From a virus (Duplodnaviria; Caudoviricetes), in IMG/VR virus record IMGVR_UViG_3300032305_002284, positions 1-59,441 of that record: a DNA stretch of 59,441 nt; one strand, written 5' to 3'. Of the stretch, positions 36,625-46,452 are shown piece by piece. Position 1 is the first letter of the stretch; each line of letters starts with the position of its first letter. The position numbers were made by a program, and so were the translations under genes. The notes below the pieces were generated by a model. The model worked only from the letters and a program-made list of their open reading frames with translations, was not told the origin of the DNA and ran no database searches.

Positions 36625-37731
36625 ATGACATATAAGGTATTTGATCCAACTAATAAAAAAGATCATCTAAAGGTTCGTGCATTCTTTGATGATGCTCCAA
36701 CTATTGCACGGTTTGATAAACAAAAGTATCCATTCCTAGAAAAATTGACCAGACAACAAATGGGGTTTTTCTGGGTACCGGAAGAAGTTGACTTGACTCG
36801 TGATAGTAAAGATTTCCGTGATCTATCAACACATGAACAACATATCTTTACTAGTAATTTAAAGCGACAAATTCTTCTTGATTCAGTTCAAGGTAGAGCG
36901 CCATCAGCAGCATTTGGTCCAATTTGTTCATTGCCTGAATTAGAGAATTGGATTGTTGCCTGGACATTTAGTGAATCCGTTCATTCACGTTCCTATACAC
37001 ATATTATTCGTAATGTCTATAGTGATCCGTCAAAAGTGCTTGATGGAATCCTTGACATGGAAGAAATTGTAAATTGTGCTAAGGATATTAGTTTATATTA
37101 TGATAATCTGATTGATCTAAATCAACGCGCAACTAGTGGTAGTCATGTACATTTAATTCCAAATTCTTATAAGCATAAGAAGGCACTTTGGATGGCTCTT
37201 ATGTCTGTCAATATTCTTGAAGGTATCCGTTTCTATGTAAGCTTTGCTTGTTCGTGGGCATTTGCTGAATTGAAGAAGATGGAAGGTAATGCCAAGATTA
37301 TTAAGTTGATTGCTCGTGATGAAAACCTACATCTTGCAAGTACTCAACAACTATTGAAGGTATTGCCTCAGGATGATCCTGATTTTGCAGCCATTCGAAC
37401 TGAGACCAAAGATGAATGTGTAGCAATGTTTAAGTCTGCTGCCGAACAAGAAATAAAGTGGGCTGAATATCTATTCAAAGATGGATCAATGATCGGTTTG
37501 AATAAAGAACTATTGGAAGATTATGTGGAATGGATCACCAATAGACGTTTACAAGCCGTTGGATTGCCATTGATATATAAGACAGGTTCGAATCCACTTC
37601 CATGGACACAAAAATGGATTAGTGGTGGAGAAGTTCAAGTAGCACCGCAAGAAACACAGATCACATCTTACATTGTCGGTGGTGTAAAGAAAGATGTATC
37701 AACAGAGAGCATGAGAGGCCTAAGTTTATAA
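36625..37731 (+). CDS. nrdB: Class Ia ribonucleotide reductase beta subunit
   Basis: FFWVPEE, ESVHSRSY, EGIRFYVSF, DENLH, VAPQETQITSY. Confidence 0.98.
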   Translation: MTYKVFDPTNKKDHLKVRAFFDDAPTIARFDKQKYPFLEKLTRQQMGFFWVPEEVDLTRDSKDFRDLSTHEQHIFTSNLKRQILLDSVQGRAPSAAFGPICSLPELENWIVAWTFSESVHSRSYTHIIRNVYSDPSKVLDGILDMEEIVNCAKDISLYYDNLIDLNQRATSGSHVHLIPNSYKHKKALWMALMSVNILEGIRFYVSFACSWAFAELKKMEGNAKIIKLIARDENLHLASTQQLLKVLPQDDPDFAAIRTETKDECVAMFKSAAEQEIKWAEYLFKDGSMIGLNKELLEDYVEWITNRRLQAVGLPLIYKTGSNPLPWTQKWISGGEVQVAPQETQITSYIVGGVKKDVSTESMRGLSL

Positions 37732-38604
37732 ATGACACAATCTAATACATTAATAAACAAAGCATCTTTAGTTATAAGTAAATTAGAAAATAACAAAAAA
37801 ATAATTAAAGAACCAGAATATCCTTATATACATTTTAAACATATAGCACCACCTTCTGTAAATCTTAAAGAAGAACAAGATTTAGAACAATTACCACATG
37901 ATAGATTACCTACCATTACATCTGGTTGGAGAGAACGTAATGATAATTCTCATATAGGTAAGAATTCAGATTCGATAACATCTGTTTTAAAAAAAATACC
38001 AAAATTAAATAGTTCAGAAAAAGAAGATGTCGAAAGTTATACAGGTAAAAAAGGCGGCGGAAGTGGTGAAATTAACAATACATTATTAAAGTCTAAGAGT
38101 CCAATACATTATAGTCAATATGGATTTGCCAAAAGATTACACAAAACTACATCCCGGCCTATAGGTCATAATATTAACCTATATTCCGGTGTATATAGCG
38201 ATCCTAGAAAATGGCAAAAAGAAAGCGATGGGTCAACAAAACTTAGAGCTTTTACATCGCTAACACATGATAAAAAAACAGCTCATGTATTTGCTCATCA
38301 ATGGTCTGAAGGAAAAAAAGCATCACCTGAAGGTAAAAAAGGTAAAATTCATATTATACATTTACATGCCAAAGCTAATGATCTAGGTCTTCCTGTGATG
38401 AAGCATTCAGATTTTAAAGAACACGAAACGGTTCTTCCACCAGATACACACATCAAACCGCACCCAGATTATGTTAATGATAAAGGTGTGCATGAACCGG
38501 AAATTCATACAGGTTCGGACGGTACAAAAATACATATACACCATTATGTTATTCATAGCCAAACGCACCCGGATAATTATAGACCAGCTAACAAAGTATA
38601 TTAA
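37732..38604 (+). CDS. ADP-ribosyltransferase-like protein (VIP2/Alt-type fold)
   Basis: SYTG...INNTL...LYSGV...FTSLT...EHETVLPP. Confidence 0.6.
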   Translation: MTQSNTLINKASLVISKLENNKKIIKEPEYPYIHFKHIAPPSVNLKEEQDLEQLPHDRLPTITSGWRERNDNSHIGKNSDSITSVLKKIPKLNSSEKEDVESYTGKKGGGSGEINNTLLKSKSPIHYSQYGFAKRLHKTTSRPIGHNINLYSGVYSDPRKWQKESDGSTKLRAFTSLTHDKKTAHVFAHQWSEGKKASPEGKKGKIHIIHLHAKANDLGLPVMKHSDFKEHETVLPPDTHIKPHPDYVNDKGVHEPEIHTGSDGTKIHIHHYVIHSQTHPDNYRPANKVY

Positions 38605-38616
38605 GGAGAAATAAAA

Positions 38617-38868
38617 ATGGGATGGAGTTCAGGATCGTCACTTTTTAGTGATGTTGCAGAAATTATTGCAGAAAATGTAGTAGATGATAATGTTCGTAAG
38701 CTCATTTATATGGGACTTATTGATGCATTTCAGAATTATGATTGCGATACATTAGATGAATGTATGGATATTGATCCAGTGCTTGATACTTTACTTGAAG
38801 CACTAATTGAAGCTGATGAAGAAGACGAAGATGATGAATGGCCTGATGGTGGAAGGGAGAATTTCTAA
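38617..38868 (+). CDS. Acidic hypothetical protein
   Basis: aggag RBS; MGWSSGS...DCDTLDEC. Confidence 0.65.
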   Translation: MGWSSGSSLFSDVAEIIAENVVDDNVRKLIYMGLIDAFQNYDCDTLDECMDIDPVLDTLLEALIEADEEDEDDEWPDGGRENF

Positions 38869-39008
38869 TGGGTACTACAAAATCATTTGGTGAATCCAAA
38901 GTTTATAAAGGTAAAAATGGATTTACATCAACATTTACCAAAGTTGCTGGTAGTTTCAAGAAGACCGGTGGCACACCAAAGAAAACCTCTACTTCTAAGA
39001 AAAAGTAA
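38868..39008 (+). CDS. Small basic hypothetical protein
   Basis: TAATG coupling; K/T/S-rich. Confidence 0.45.
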   Translation: MGTTKSFGESKVYKGKNGFTSTFTKVAGSFKKTGGTPKKTSTSKKK

Positions 39009-39041
39009 AGGCCTAAATATGAGGGAATATGGAGTTCCCTC

Positions 39042-39458
39042 ATGTGGATTTATAATGAAAAAGAAATTGATGAATCTTTACTTGAAGGATTCATCGGATT
39101 TGTATATAAAATAACAAATTTAAAAACCAATAGAATCTATATTGGTAAAAAGCTTTTAAAGTTTAGTAAAACAAAAAAAGTAAAAGGCAAGAAGAAAAAG
39201 TTCTTGGTTGAATCAGATTGGAAACAATACTGGGGATCAAATAAAGTTCTAAGTCAAGATGTACTTGACTTAGGCGAAGAGAATTTTACTAGAGAAATTC
39301 TTAGATTATGCAAAATGAGAGGTGAAATGTCTTATTTTGAAGCAAAGTTACAATTTGACTTATGTGTTTTGGAATCCGATCAGTATTACAATGAATGGAT
39401 AATGATTAAAGTCCACAAAGCACATTTAAAAAAGATTGACTTTGTCACAAAAGTATGA
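39042..39458 (+). CDS. GIY-YIG family endonuclease
   Basis: GFVYKITNLKTNRIYIGKK...YWGS...FTREIL...YYN. Confidence 0.8.
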   Translation: MWIYNEKEIDESLLEGFIGFVYKITNLKTNRIYIGKKLLKFSKTKKVKGKKKKFLVESDWKQYWGSNKVLSQDVLDLGEENFTREILRLCKMRGEMSYFEAKLQFDLCVLESDQYYNEWIMIKVHKAHLKKIDFVTKV

Positions 39459-39483
39459 TATAATACACTCATAGGAGAATACT

Positions 39484-39954
39484 ATGATATTTGATATTGA
39501 AGAAGTTCGACGATATATTACTAATTCATCAATGCAGTCTAAAATTTATATCGGCGGGGATTCAGAACGAATTAAGTTACCTAATGGTAAATGGGTTGCA
39601 GATTATGCAACAGTGGTTGTTATCCATATTGATGGAAAGCATGGTGCTAAGATCTTTGGTGAAGTAACTCGTGAGCCTGATTTTGATCATAAAATTGCTA
39701 GACCATCTCTACGTTTGATGAACGAAGTTTATAAGGTAGCAGATTTATATTATAAACTTGCCGATTCGATTGGTTCACGTATGGCTGAAATCCATTTGGA
39801 TCTAAATCCTGATGAACGGCATGGATCATCTTGTGTTGTTACTCAAGCGGTTGGATATATACTTGGTACATGCAATATTAAAGCACAAGTAAAGCCAAAT
39901 GCATTTGCTGCTTCAATTGCAGCCGATAGATTTAAAGCCCTAGCAGCGGCCTAA
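39484..39954 (+). CDS. RNase H-like YkuK/DUF458 protein
   Basis: IYIGGDS...RLMNEV...EIHLDLN...KP.AFAAS.AAD. Confidence 0.75.
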   Translation: MIFDIEEVRRYITNSSMQSKIYIGGDSERIKLPNGKWVADYATVVVIHIDGKHGAKIFGEVTREPDFDHKIARPSLRLMNEVYKVADLYYKLADSIGSRMAEIHLDLNPDERHGSSCVVTQAVGYILGTCNIKAQVKPNAFAASIAADRFKALAAA

Positions 39955-39984
39955 ATACATAATCAAAAAATAGGAGACAAACTC

Positions 39985-40488
39985 GTGTTAAAGACCATAA
40001 TGATTGGTCTTTTGAGTTTGGGCATACTTTTATTAGTCAATATTGACTCAACTTATAGTAATACAACAATCAACAATTCTCATATAGAGGAAGAGAATAA
40101 CAGCCAACAAGCTGTATCTGAATTATTGTCAGCCGATGACAATGAAGTTATTGCCCAAATTCAAGAGAACCTGGAAGCTTTTATCGTAAGTGTAAGGCCG
40201 CCACGACGACCAAGATATATAACAGCATCATGGTATCGTCATGGTAAAATAACCGCAAATGGTGAAAGATTCGATCCAAATGGATTGACAGTAGCTCATA
40301 AAAGATTGCCGTTTAATACTATGATTCGATTCACTAATCCGGATAATGGTCTATCTATCATTGTAAGAGTTAATGATCGTGGACCATATATAAGAGGTAG
40401 AGATTTTGATCTTAGTGCTAGATCGGCACAACTTCTAGGATTCTACGAAAAAGGAGTTGCAAGACTTGATATGGAAATTATTAGATAA
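39985..40488 (+). CDS. RlpA-like lytic transglycosylase (DPBB domain)
   Basis: ASWY...TANGERF...AHKRLPF...VRVNDRGPY...DLS. Confidence 0.88.
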   Translation: MLKTIMIGLLSLGILLLVNIDSTYSNTTINNSHIEEENNSQQAVSELLSADDNEVIAQIQENLEAFIVSVRPPRRPRYITASWYRHGKITANGERFDPNGLTVAHKRLPFNTMIRFTNPDNGLSIIVRVNDRGPYIRGRDFDLSARSAQLLGFYEKGVARLDMEIIR

Positions 40489-40510
40489 ATTGAGGAGGAA
40501 TATTATTAAT

Positions 40511-40930
40511 ATGCCAAGACCACACGGAAGTAAGAATAAGCCTAAAACTTCAGCAGAAGAACCAATCGAATTTGATTATGAAACATTTGGTAATGATGAT
40601 ACATATAACCAAATAATGAATACTTCACAATCATTTACTACACCTACAAATCCAAGTGTTAGGGAAATGCCAGTTGTAACCGAAACATTTTATAACAACC
40701 CGGAGTTAATCATGTCTGATAAAGCACAACTACTATATCTAATTGAAGGTCGAGTTCGTATGGATCAAATGGGTTCATCTGAACCTATTTTCTCGGACCA
40801 AAAGAGACTTGTATGGGCTTACTCTTTTGAAGAAGCCGTTGGTAAGTTTACCAATTACTTTGCTGGTATTTCAACTACTTCTCAGCGCTATACTGTTGTT
40901 GGTGCTGGAGGTTCGGAATCAATCAGTTGA
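40511..40930 (+). CDS. Hypothetical protein
   Basis: gaggagg RBS; PRPHGSKNKPK. Confidence 0.6.
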   Translation: MPRPHGSKNKPKTSAEEPIEFDYETFGNDDTYNQIMNTSQSFTTPTNPSVREMPVVTETFYNNPELIMSDKAQLLYLIEGRVRMDQMGSSEPIFSDQKRLVWAYSFEEAVGKFTNYFAGISTTSQRYTVVGAGGSESIS

Positions 40931-41178
40931 TTGAGGTATATTCAAAAGCTGATTGTATCTATTGCAATATGGCCAAGGATCTTCTGGCCTTTTGTAATAT
41001 TACATATGCAGAACAAACGCTTGGGGTGGATTTTACTTTAAATACACTCAAGACAAAATTTCCAGATGCTAAAACTTTTCCAATAATAGTTGTTGACGGA
41101 TTCTATATTGGAGGTTATAATCAACTTAAAGAGCATCTACATTCCAATAATGACTATCGTAAATTTCTTACCGAATAA
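40927..41178 (+). CDS. nrdC: Glutaredoxin
   Basis: CIYC...KTFPII...IGGY. Confidence 0.88.
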   Translation: MIEVYSKADCIYCNMAKDLLAFCNITYAEQTLGVDFTLNTLKTKFPDAKTFPIIVVDGFYIGGYNQLKEHLHSNNDYRKFLTE

Positions 41179-41190
41179 GGAACATATATA

Positions 41191-41478
41191 ATGAGTGGTT
41201 TATATCAACGTGACACGGTCCTTAAGGATCTGCGCGAACAAGTGATGGAAGTACATTTTGTTAAGACTAATGGTGAACAACGTATTATGCGTTGTACTCT
41301 TCAGAAGCATATGCTTCCTGAAATGTATCAAAATAGTTATGAAGAACAACAAGAAGAACGTGAGTTTCATCAAAAGAATCCTAATGTAGTTGCTGCATGG
41401 GATGTCCAAGAAAATGGTTGGCGTTCATTTAGAATTGATAGTGTATTTTACACTCAAACCGTAAATACCGCAGTTTAG
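41191..41478 (+). CDS. SH3/WYL-like conserved phage protein
   Basis: F.KTNGE.R.MRCTL...WDV...GWRSFRIDSV. Confidence 0.7.
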   Translation: MSGLYQRDTVLKDLREQVMEVHFVKTNGEQRIMRCTLQKHMLPEMYQNSYEEQQEEREFHQKNPNVVAAWDVQENGWRSFRIDSVFYTQTVNTAV

Positions 41479-41496
41479 ACTAAAGGATATATAATA

Positions 41497-41880
41497 ATGA
41501 GTGAAGAAAAGTTCTGGGGTTATCACGCTATTCTTGATGCCGCCGGCTGTGATCTTGACAAGATGACAAGTTATGAAAATGTTTATAACTTTGCAAAGCA
41601 ACTTGTCAAGGATATTGATATGGTTGCCTATGGTGAACCACAAATTGTTAACTTTGGTTCCGGAAATAAAGCAGGATATACTTTGGTTCAATTGATTGAG
41701 ACCAGTAATATCTGTGCACATTTTGCAAATGAAAATCAAGAAATGTATCTTGATGTATTCAGTTGTAAGCCTTTTGATGAACGAATTGTTGAGGATTTGG
41801 TCGTTCAGTATTTTGGTGCCAAGTCTCTTCGTCGTGCATTCATTAAACGTCAGGCAGTTCTTGATGTAACCAATACATGA
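41497..41880 (+). CDS. Second AdoMetDC-fold pyruvoyl decarboxylase (divergent)
   Basis: GYHAILD...GYTLVQLIETSNICAHF...YLDVFSCKPF. Confidence 0.8.
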   Translation: MSEEKFWGYHAILDAAGCDLDKMTSYENVYNFAKQLVKDIDMVAYGEPQIVNFGSGNKAGYTLVQLIETSNICAHFANENQEMYLDVFSCKPFDERIVEDLVVQYFGAKSLRRAFIKRQAVLDVTNT

Positions 41881-42287
41881 TAGTTGGGTTTACTTGTGGA
41901 GCATTTGATTTGCTCCACCCAGGCCATCTATATTTGTTAAAGATGGCCTCAGAACATTGTGATAAACTTATTGTTGGATTGCATACGGATCCTTCAATTG
42001 ATAGGCCGGAAAAGAATAAGCCTGTCCAGACTACACTGGAAAGATATATACAATTAACATCTCTCCCACATGTTAAACAGGTCATACCTTATGACACAGA
42101 GAATGATCTAGAAAACTTATTTTCCGTTTGGAAATTGGATAAGAGATTCATCGGTTCAGATTATATGGATACTGATATTACCGGTGAAGATGTGTGTTAT
42201 CAAAGAAATATTGAAATCGTTTTTATTCCGAGACTTCACTCCTGGAGTTCGTCGGGGTTGAGACATCGAGTACGTGAGGATATATAA
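41877..42287 (+). CDS. TagD/HldE-type nucleotidylyltransferase
   Basis: GAFDLLHPGH...LIVGL..D...GSDY...SSS. Confidence 0.85.
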   Translation: MIVGFTCGAFDLLHPGHLYLLKMASEHCDKLIVGLHTDPSIDRPEKNKPVQTTLERYIQLTSLPHVKQVIPYDTENDLENLFSVWKLDKRFIGSDYMDTDITGEDVCYQRNIEIVFIPRLHSWSSSGLRHRVREDI

Positions 42288-42880
42288 TGGTTAGAAATTT
42301 TAAAGAAGCTTATTTTAAAGAAAAGATTGATAATTTGATCAACAGAGATCATAGTACAAATGATACTTTACTTGAAAGACTGGTAAGACTTTCACCTAAA
42401 GATGGCCTAGTTCTTGAATTTGGTGTTTTTTCTGGTGTAACTGTGAATAGAATTTCCACTGTTACCAATAAAACCGTGTATGGATTTGATTCATTTGAAG
42501 GCCTCCCTGAAGATTGGGGCCGTGGTATGAATAAAGGTTTTTTTAAGTGTGATCTTCCAGAGGTCAACTCTAATGTTGAATTAGTGGTTGGTTGGTTCAA
42601 TGAAACACTTGAAGGATTTTTAGAAAAGCATGATGCAAAAATTGCATTTTGTCATGTTGATTGTGACTTATATTCGTCAACAAAATATGTTCTTGACAAA
42701 CTAAAAAATAGATTTCAGCGCGGTACAATCCTTCTTTTTGATGAATTGGCTAATTATAGTGGTTATGAAGATCACGAATATAAAGCTTTTATAGAATTTT
42801 TATCCGATGAAAATAATGATTATGATATCGAATTCATGGGTAGAAGACACATGGAGAGCTTTGGGTTTAAGTTAGTATAA
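42287..42880 (+). CDS. TylF/MycF-like SAM-dependent O-methyltransferase
   Basis: LEFGVFSG...GFDSFEGLPE...GWFNETL...HVDCDLYSS...FDE. Confidence 0.85.
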   Translation: MVRNFKEAYFKEKIDNLINRDHSTNDTLLERLVRLSPKDGLVLEFGVFSGVTVNRISTVTNKTVYGFDSFEGLPEDWGRGMNKGFFKCDLPEVNSNVELVVGWFNETLEGFLEKHDAKIAFCHVDCDLYSSTKYVLDKLKNRFQRGTILLFDELANYSGYEDHEYKAFIEFLSDENNDYDIEFMGRRHMESFGFKLV

Positions 42881-43866
42881 TGAAACCTATCGCTATTGTA
42901 ACTGGATCATATGGATATATTGGCTCAGTTCTAACTAAAGTACTACACGAGTCCGGTTATTTTGTGGTTGGTATTGATTATAATCCGCAGGCAGAATATT
43001 GTTGGACTCGTAATAAAACCAGAACAAAGTATTGTGGTGATTTTCTTTGCGATGACTTTGCTTCTGAAAAAGCACTACATATTCTAAAAGAATATCCAAA
43101 TTCTACTGTATTTCATTTGGCAGCCAATAGTCTATTAGGCCCAAGCGCTTATGATCCTTTGAGTTATTATGAAAATAATACTGCAAAGACATTAAAGTTA
43201 ATACAAAATCTCAAACCTACACATAAGTTTATCTTTGCCAGTACTGCAGCTGTATATGCCGAGACCGATAAGTTAGTTACTGAAAATAGTGAAATTAATC
43301 CTCCGAACAACTACGGTCTTTCAAAGCTTTGGTGTGAACAAATTATTGATTCGTGCTATGAAATATTAAAGCTTAAAACAGTATCATTTAGATTCTTTAA
43401 TGTAATTGGTGCATACGATGATATGGGCCAACTTCCTAATACACCACATATTATCAATAAACTTTGTGATAAAGCTATCTATAAGGATAGCCCATTCATA
43501 ATCACAGGTGATGATTATGATACAAGTGATGGTACATGTGTCCGTGATTATTTACATGTAGTTGACGTGTGTAGAGCATTAATTCACGCCGATAAGATTT
43601 TGGATGATAGAGATGCTTGTTCATTGAAGTTCAACTTAGGAACAAAATATGGTACCACTGTTAAACAAATAGTGGATTTATTTATTGGTTTATGCGCACA
43701 TGTTGAATGTAGAATTGGTGAAAGACGTATAGGTGATCCGCCTTTTCTAGTTGCAAATCCCGATAAGTTTATAGAAAAGACCGGATTTAACTATCGATAT
43801 AGAAGTAATGATTTAGATTTAATGATTAAAAGCCATTGGGAGTATAGAAATAATGTCAGGCTTTGA
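42880..43866 (+). CDS. galE: GalE-like NAD-dependent epimerase
   Basis: TGSYGYIGS, YGLSK, RFFNVIGA, DGTCVRDYLHVVD. Confidence 0.85.
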   Translation: MKPIAIVTGSYGYIGSVLTKVLHESGYFVVGIDYNPQAEYCWTRNKTRTKYCGDFLCDDFASEKALHILKEYPNSTVFHLAANSLLGPSAYDPLSYYENNTAKTLKLIQNLKPTHKFIFASTAAVYAETDKLVTENSEINPPNNYGLSKLWCEQIIDSCYEILKLKTVSFRFFNVIGAYDDMGQLPNTPHIINKLCDKAIYKDSPFIITGDDYDTSDGTCVRDYLHVVDVCRALIHADKILDDRDACSLKFNLGTKYGTTVKQIVDLFIGLCAHVECRIGERRIGDPPFLVANPDKFIEKTGFNYRYRSNDLDLMIKSHWEYRNNVRL

Positions 43867-44848
43867 AGAAAACGAAATTTCAGTAAAGTCAAACGGCGGT
43901 ACTGAACAAACTAAACGAATGGTTGCATCTTATCTGCCAGAAGGATTGGTAGATGATTTTCAAATTATTTGTTCGCGTGTAAGAAAGATTGAAGAAGATA
44001 AGATTAGAGTATATTGGTTACATGATCTTCCGAATGATCCAGAGACTAATCATCTAAAAGATGTATCGAGTCGTAGCCGCTTTCACAAAATGGTGTTTTG
44101 TGGTCACTGGCAATATAATCAATATCTAAATCTATTGGGTGTTCCACCAAATGATAAGTGTGCAGTTATTGATACACCTATTGTACCAATTGAATATAAA
44201 GTCAAGTCGACTGATCAAGTCCGATTGATTTATAGTAGCACACCTCAAAGAGGTTTGGCTCTTCTTGTACCTGTATTTGTTGAACTTGCAAAAACAAGAA
44301 AGAATATTCACCTTGATGTGTTCTCGAGTTTCTCAATCTATGGTTGGGATCAAGCAGATGATCAGTTCAAGGAGCTATTTGAAATCTGTAAGACACATCC
44401 ACAAATCACTTATCATGGCCATGCTTCAAATGAAGCAGTGAGAGAAGCCCAACAACAAGCACACATCTTTGCTTATCCTTCTATTTGGCAAGAATGTAAT
44501 AGTAGGGCATTGATTGAAGCAATGAGTGCCGGTGCTCTTTGTTTGCATCCTAATCTTGCCGGTCTTTCCGATACATCTGGTAATTTAACATCAATGTACC
44601 AATATGAGGAAGATCATAATGTACATGCTAATAAGTTTTATCACCTATTGAGTCAAGCAATTGACTTGGTACATATGGATGAAACACAAAATTATTTACG
44701 GTTTATTAAGCAATATGCCGACAACAGATTCAATATTGTCAAGATTGCAAATCAGTGGGAAAATCTTCTTGTTTCATTGAAGGAACAATATCCAACTGTT
44801 CAATCACGCTACTTGGCAAAGAAAACGTTTCAGTATAGCACAACATGA
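43853..44848 (+). CDS. GT-B glycosyltransferase
   Basis: GGTE...YSSTPQRGL...AYPSIWQE...IEAMSAG. Confidence 0.82.
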   Translation: MSGFEENEISVKSNGGTEQTKRMVASYLPEGLVDDFQIICSRVRKIEEDKIRVYWLHDLPNDPETNHLKDVSSRSRFHKMVFCGHWQYNQYLNLLGVPPNDKCAVIDTPIVPIEYKVKSTDQVRLIYSSTPQRGLALLVPVFVELAKTRKNIHLDVFSSFSIYGWDQADDQFKELFEICKTHPQITYHGHASNEAVREAQQQAHIFAYPSIWQECNSRALIEAMSAGALCLHPNLAGLSDTSGNLTSMYQYEEDHNVHANKFYHLLSQAIDLVHMDETQNYLRFIKQYADNRFNIVKIANQWENLLVSLKEQYPTVQSRYLAKKTFQYSTT

Positions 44849-45819
44849 TTATTACATCAACTCCACTTAGAATAAGTTTTTTCGGTGGTGGGTCGGATAT
44901 CCCACAATATTATAATAAAAAGCCAGGCATGGTTATTTCAACTTCTATTGATAGACAAATCCAAATTGCCGTCAATAGATGTGAGACTCCACATATCAGA
45001 GCCGTTTATTCCGAAATGGAAGTGGTCAATAATGTTGAGAATATTAAGCATTCACGTATTAAAGAAGTTCTAAAGTACTTTGCAATAAGTAATAATATTG
45101 AAATTTGTAGTTTCTCTGATGTTTCAACAAAAGGCACTGGATTAGGATCATCATCAACATTTACTGTTGGTCTGTTGAATGCTCTTTATAATCAAAAGAA
45201 TCATTTTTATAATAGAAAAGATCTAGCCGAAACTGCCTGTGAAATTGAAATTGATAAGTTAAAAGAACCTATCGGAAAACAAGACCAGTATGCAGCTACA
45301 TATGGTGGGTTCAATGTAATACGATTTGATGCATCAAATGTAGATATTACACCAATAAGTGTTGGTGCGAATGTTCTTAGAAAACTAAATCAGAACTTGA
45401 TGTTCTATTTTACTGGTACAAGTAGAAATACATCTGATATTCTTTCAGATCAAGTAAAGAACATTGTTGACGATCAAACCATATTTGATAATACCACTCG
45501 ACTTGTTGATCTAGCAGAAGATGCCCTTAAGTATCTACAGCAGAATAAGCTAAATGATTTTGGTTCATTACTTGGTGATGGTTGGAATATTAAAAAGAAA
45601 CTATCAACCAAAATATCCAATCCTAATATTGATGAAATGTATACTACAGCAATAAATGCAGGTGCTCTTGGTGGTAAGTTATTGGGAGCAGGCGGTGGTG
45701 GGTATCTTATGTTTTATGTACCAGAATCATGCCAAAATAAAGTTTCACTTGCAATGACAAAATACAAGAAAGTAAATTTTAATTTCACAGACAAAGGATC
45801 AACAGCAACATGTCTATGA
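44845..45819 (+). CDS. hddA: D-glycero-alpha-D-manno-heptose-7-phosphate kinase (GHMP family)
   Basis: TPLRISFFGGGSD, GTGLGSSS, GKQDQY, GGKLLGAGGGG. Confidence 0.88.
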   Translation: MIITSTPLRISFFGGGSDIPQYYNKKPGMVISTSIDRQIQIAVNRCETPHIRAVYSEMEVVNNVENIKHSRIKEVLKYFAISNNIEICSFSDVSTKGTGLGSSSTFTVGLLNALYNQKNHFYNRKDLAETACEIEIDKLKEPIGKQDQYAATYGGFNVIRFDASNVDITPISVGANVLRKLNQNLMFYFTGTSRNTSDILSDQVKNIVDDQTIFDNTTRLVDLAEDALKYLQQNKLNDFGSLLGDGWNIKKKLSTKISNPNIDEMYTTAINAGALGGKLLGAGGGGYLMFYVPESCQNKVSLAMTKYKKVNFNFTDKGSTATCL

Positions 45820-46406
45820 TTACTAATTCTTATCTAAATTATGCAAAAGATTTATATGTTGCTATGAATACTGTAGCAGAAACTGATATTAAAGATGCAT
45901 ATAATGCATTCACAATAAGTTTAGGTAGTCCGGTATATATTTTTGGTAATGGTGGTTCTGCTGCCATTGCCGATCACTTCTGTTGTGACTATAATAAAGG
46001 CATATATTATGACACCGGACTAAAAACTAAAGCAATTAGTCTTGCCTCTAATGGTCCATTGACTAGTGCAATATCGAATGACTTTAGTTATTCACAGGTA
46101 TTTTCTCGACAATTGGAATTTCTTGGTGATGGATCATTTGCAACAGCTATTGCTATATCATCAAGTGGCAATTCATTAAATATTATTGAGGGACTTAGAC
46201 AAGCCAAAAAGAAAAATATGTCAACCATGGCTCTTGTTGGTTTTGATGGTGGTCAGGTAGTACGAGATAAGTTAGCTGATTGCATTGTGCATGTAAAGAG
46301 TAATAATTATGGTATTGTAGAAGATAGTCATATGGGTATTCTTCATAGTCTCATTCAAATGATTCGAACCGACTATGCTTTAAATCAAGATAACCTAAGA
46401 TTATAA
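45810..46406 (+). CDS. gmhA: Phosphoheptose isomerase (SIS domain)
   Basis: FGNGGSAAIADH, AISND, ISSSGNS.N, VEDSH. Confidence 0.9.
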   Translation: MSMITNSYLNYAKDLYVAMNTVAETDIKDAYNAFTISLGSPVYIFGNGGSAAIADHFCCDYNKGIYYDTGLKTKAISLASNGPLTSAISNDFSYSQVFSRQLEFLGDGSFATAIAISSSGNSLNIIEGLRQAKKKNMSTMALVGFDGGQVVRDKLADCIVHVKSNNYGIVEDSHMGILHSLIQMIRTDYALNQDNLRL

Positions 46407-46452
46407 ATAAAAAAGTTGTTGACAATATGAACTACAAGGTATATAATACACT

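Noticed and set aside
17577-37731. Introns or inteins in gp43, gp41, thyX, nrdA or nrdB
   Set aside because: All are continuous ORFs of ordinary length with no intein motifs; the ORF between nrdA and nrdB is separate and shows no nuclease motif I recognise.
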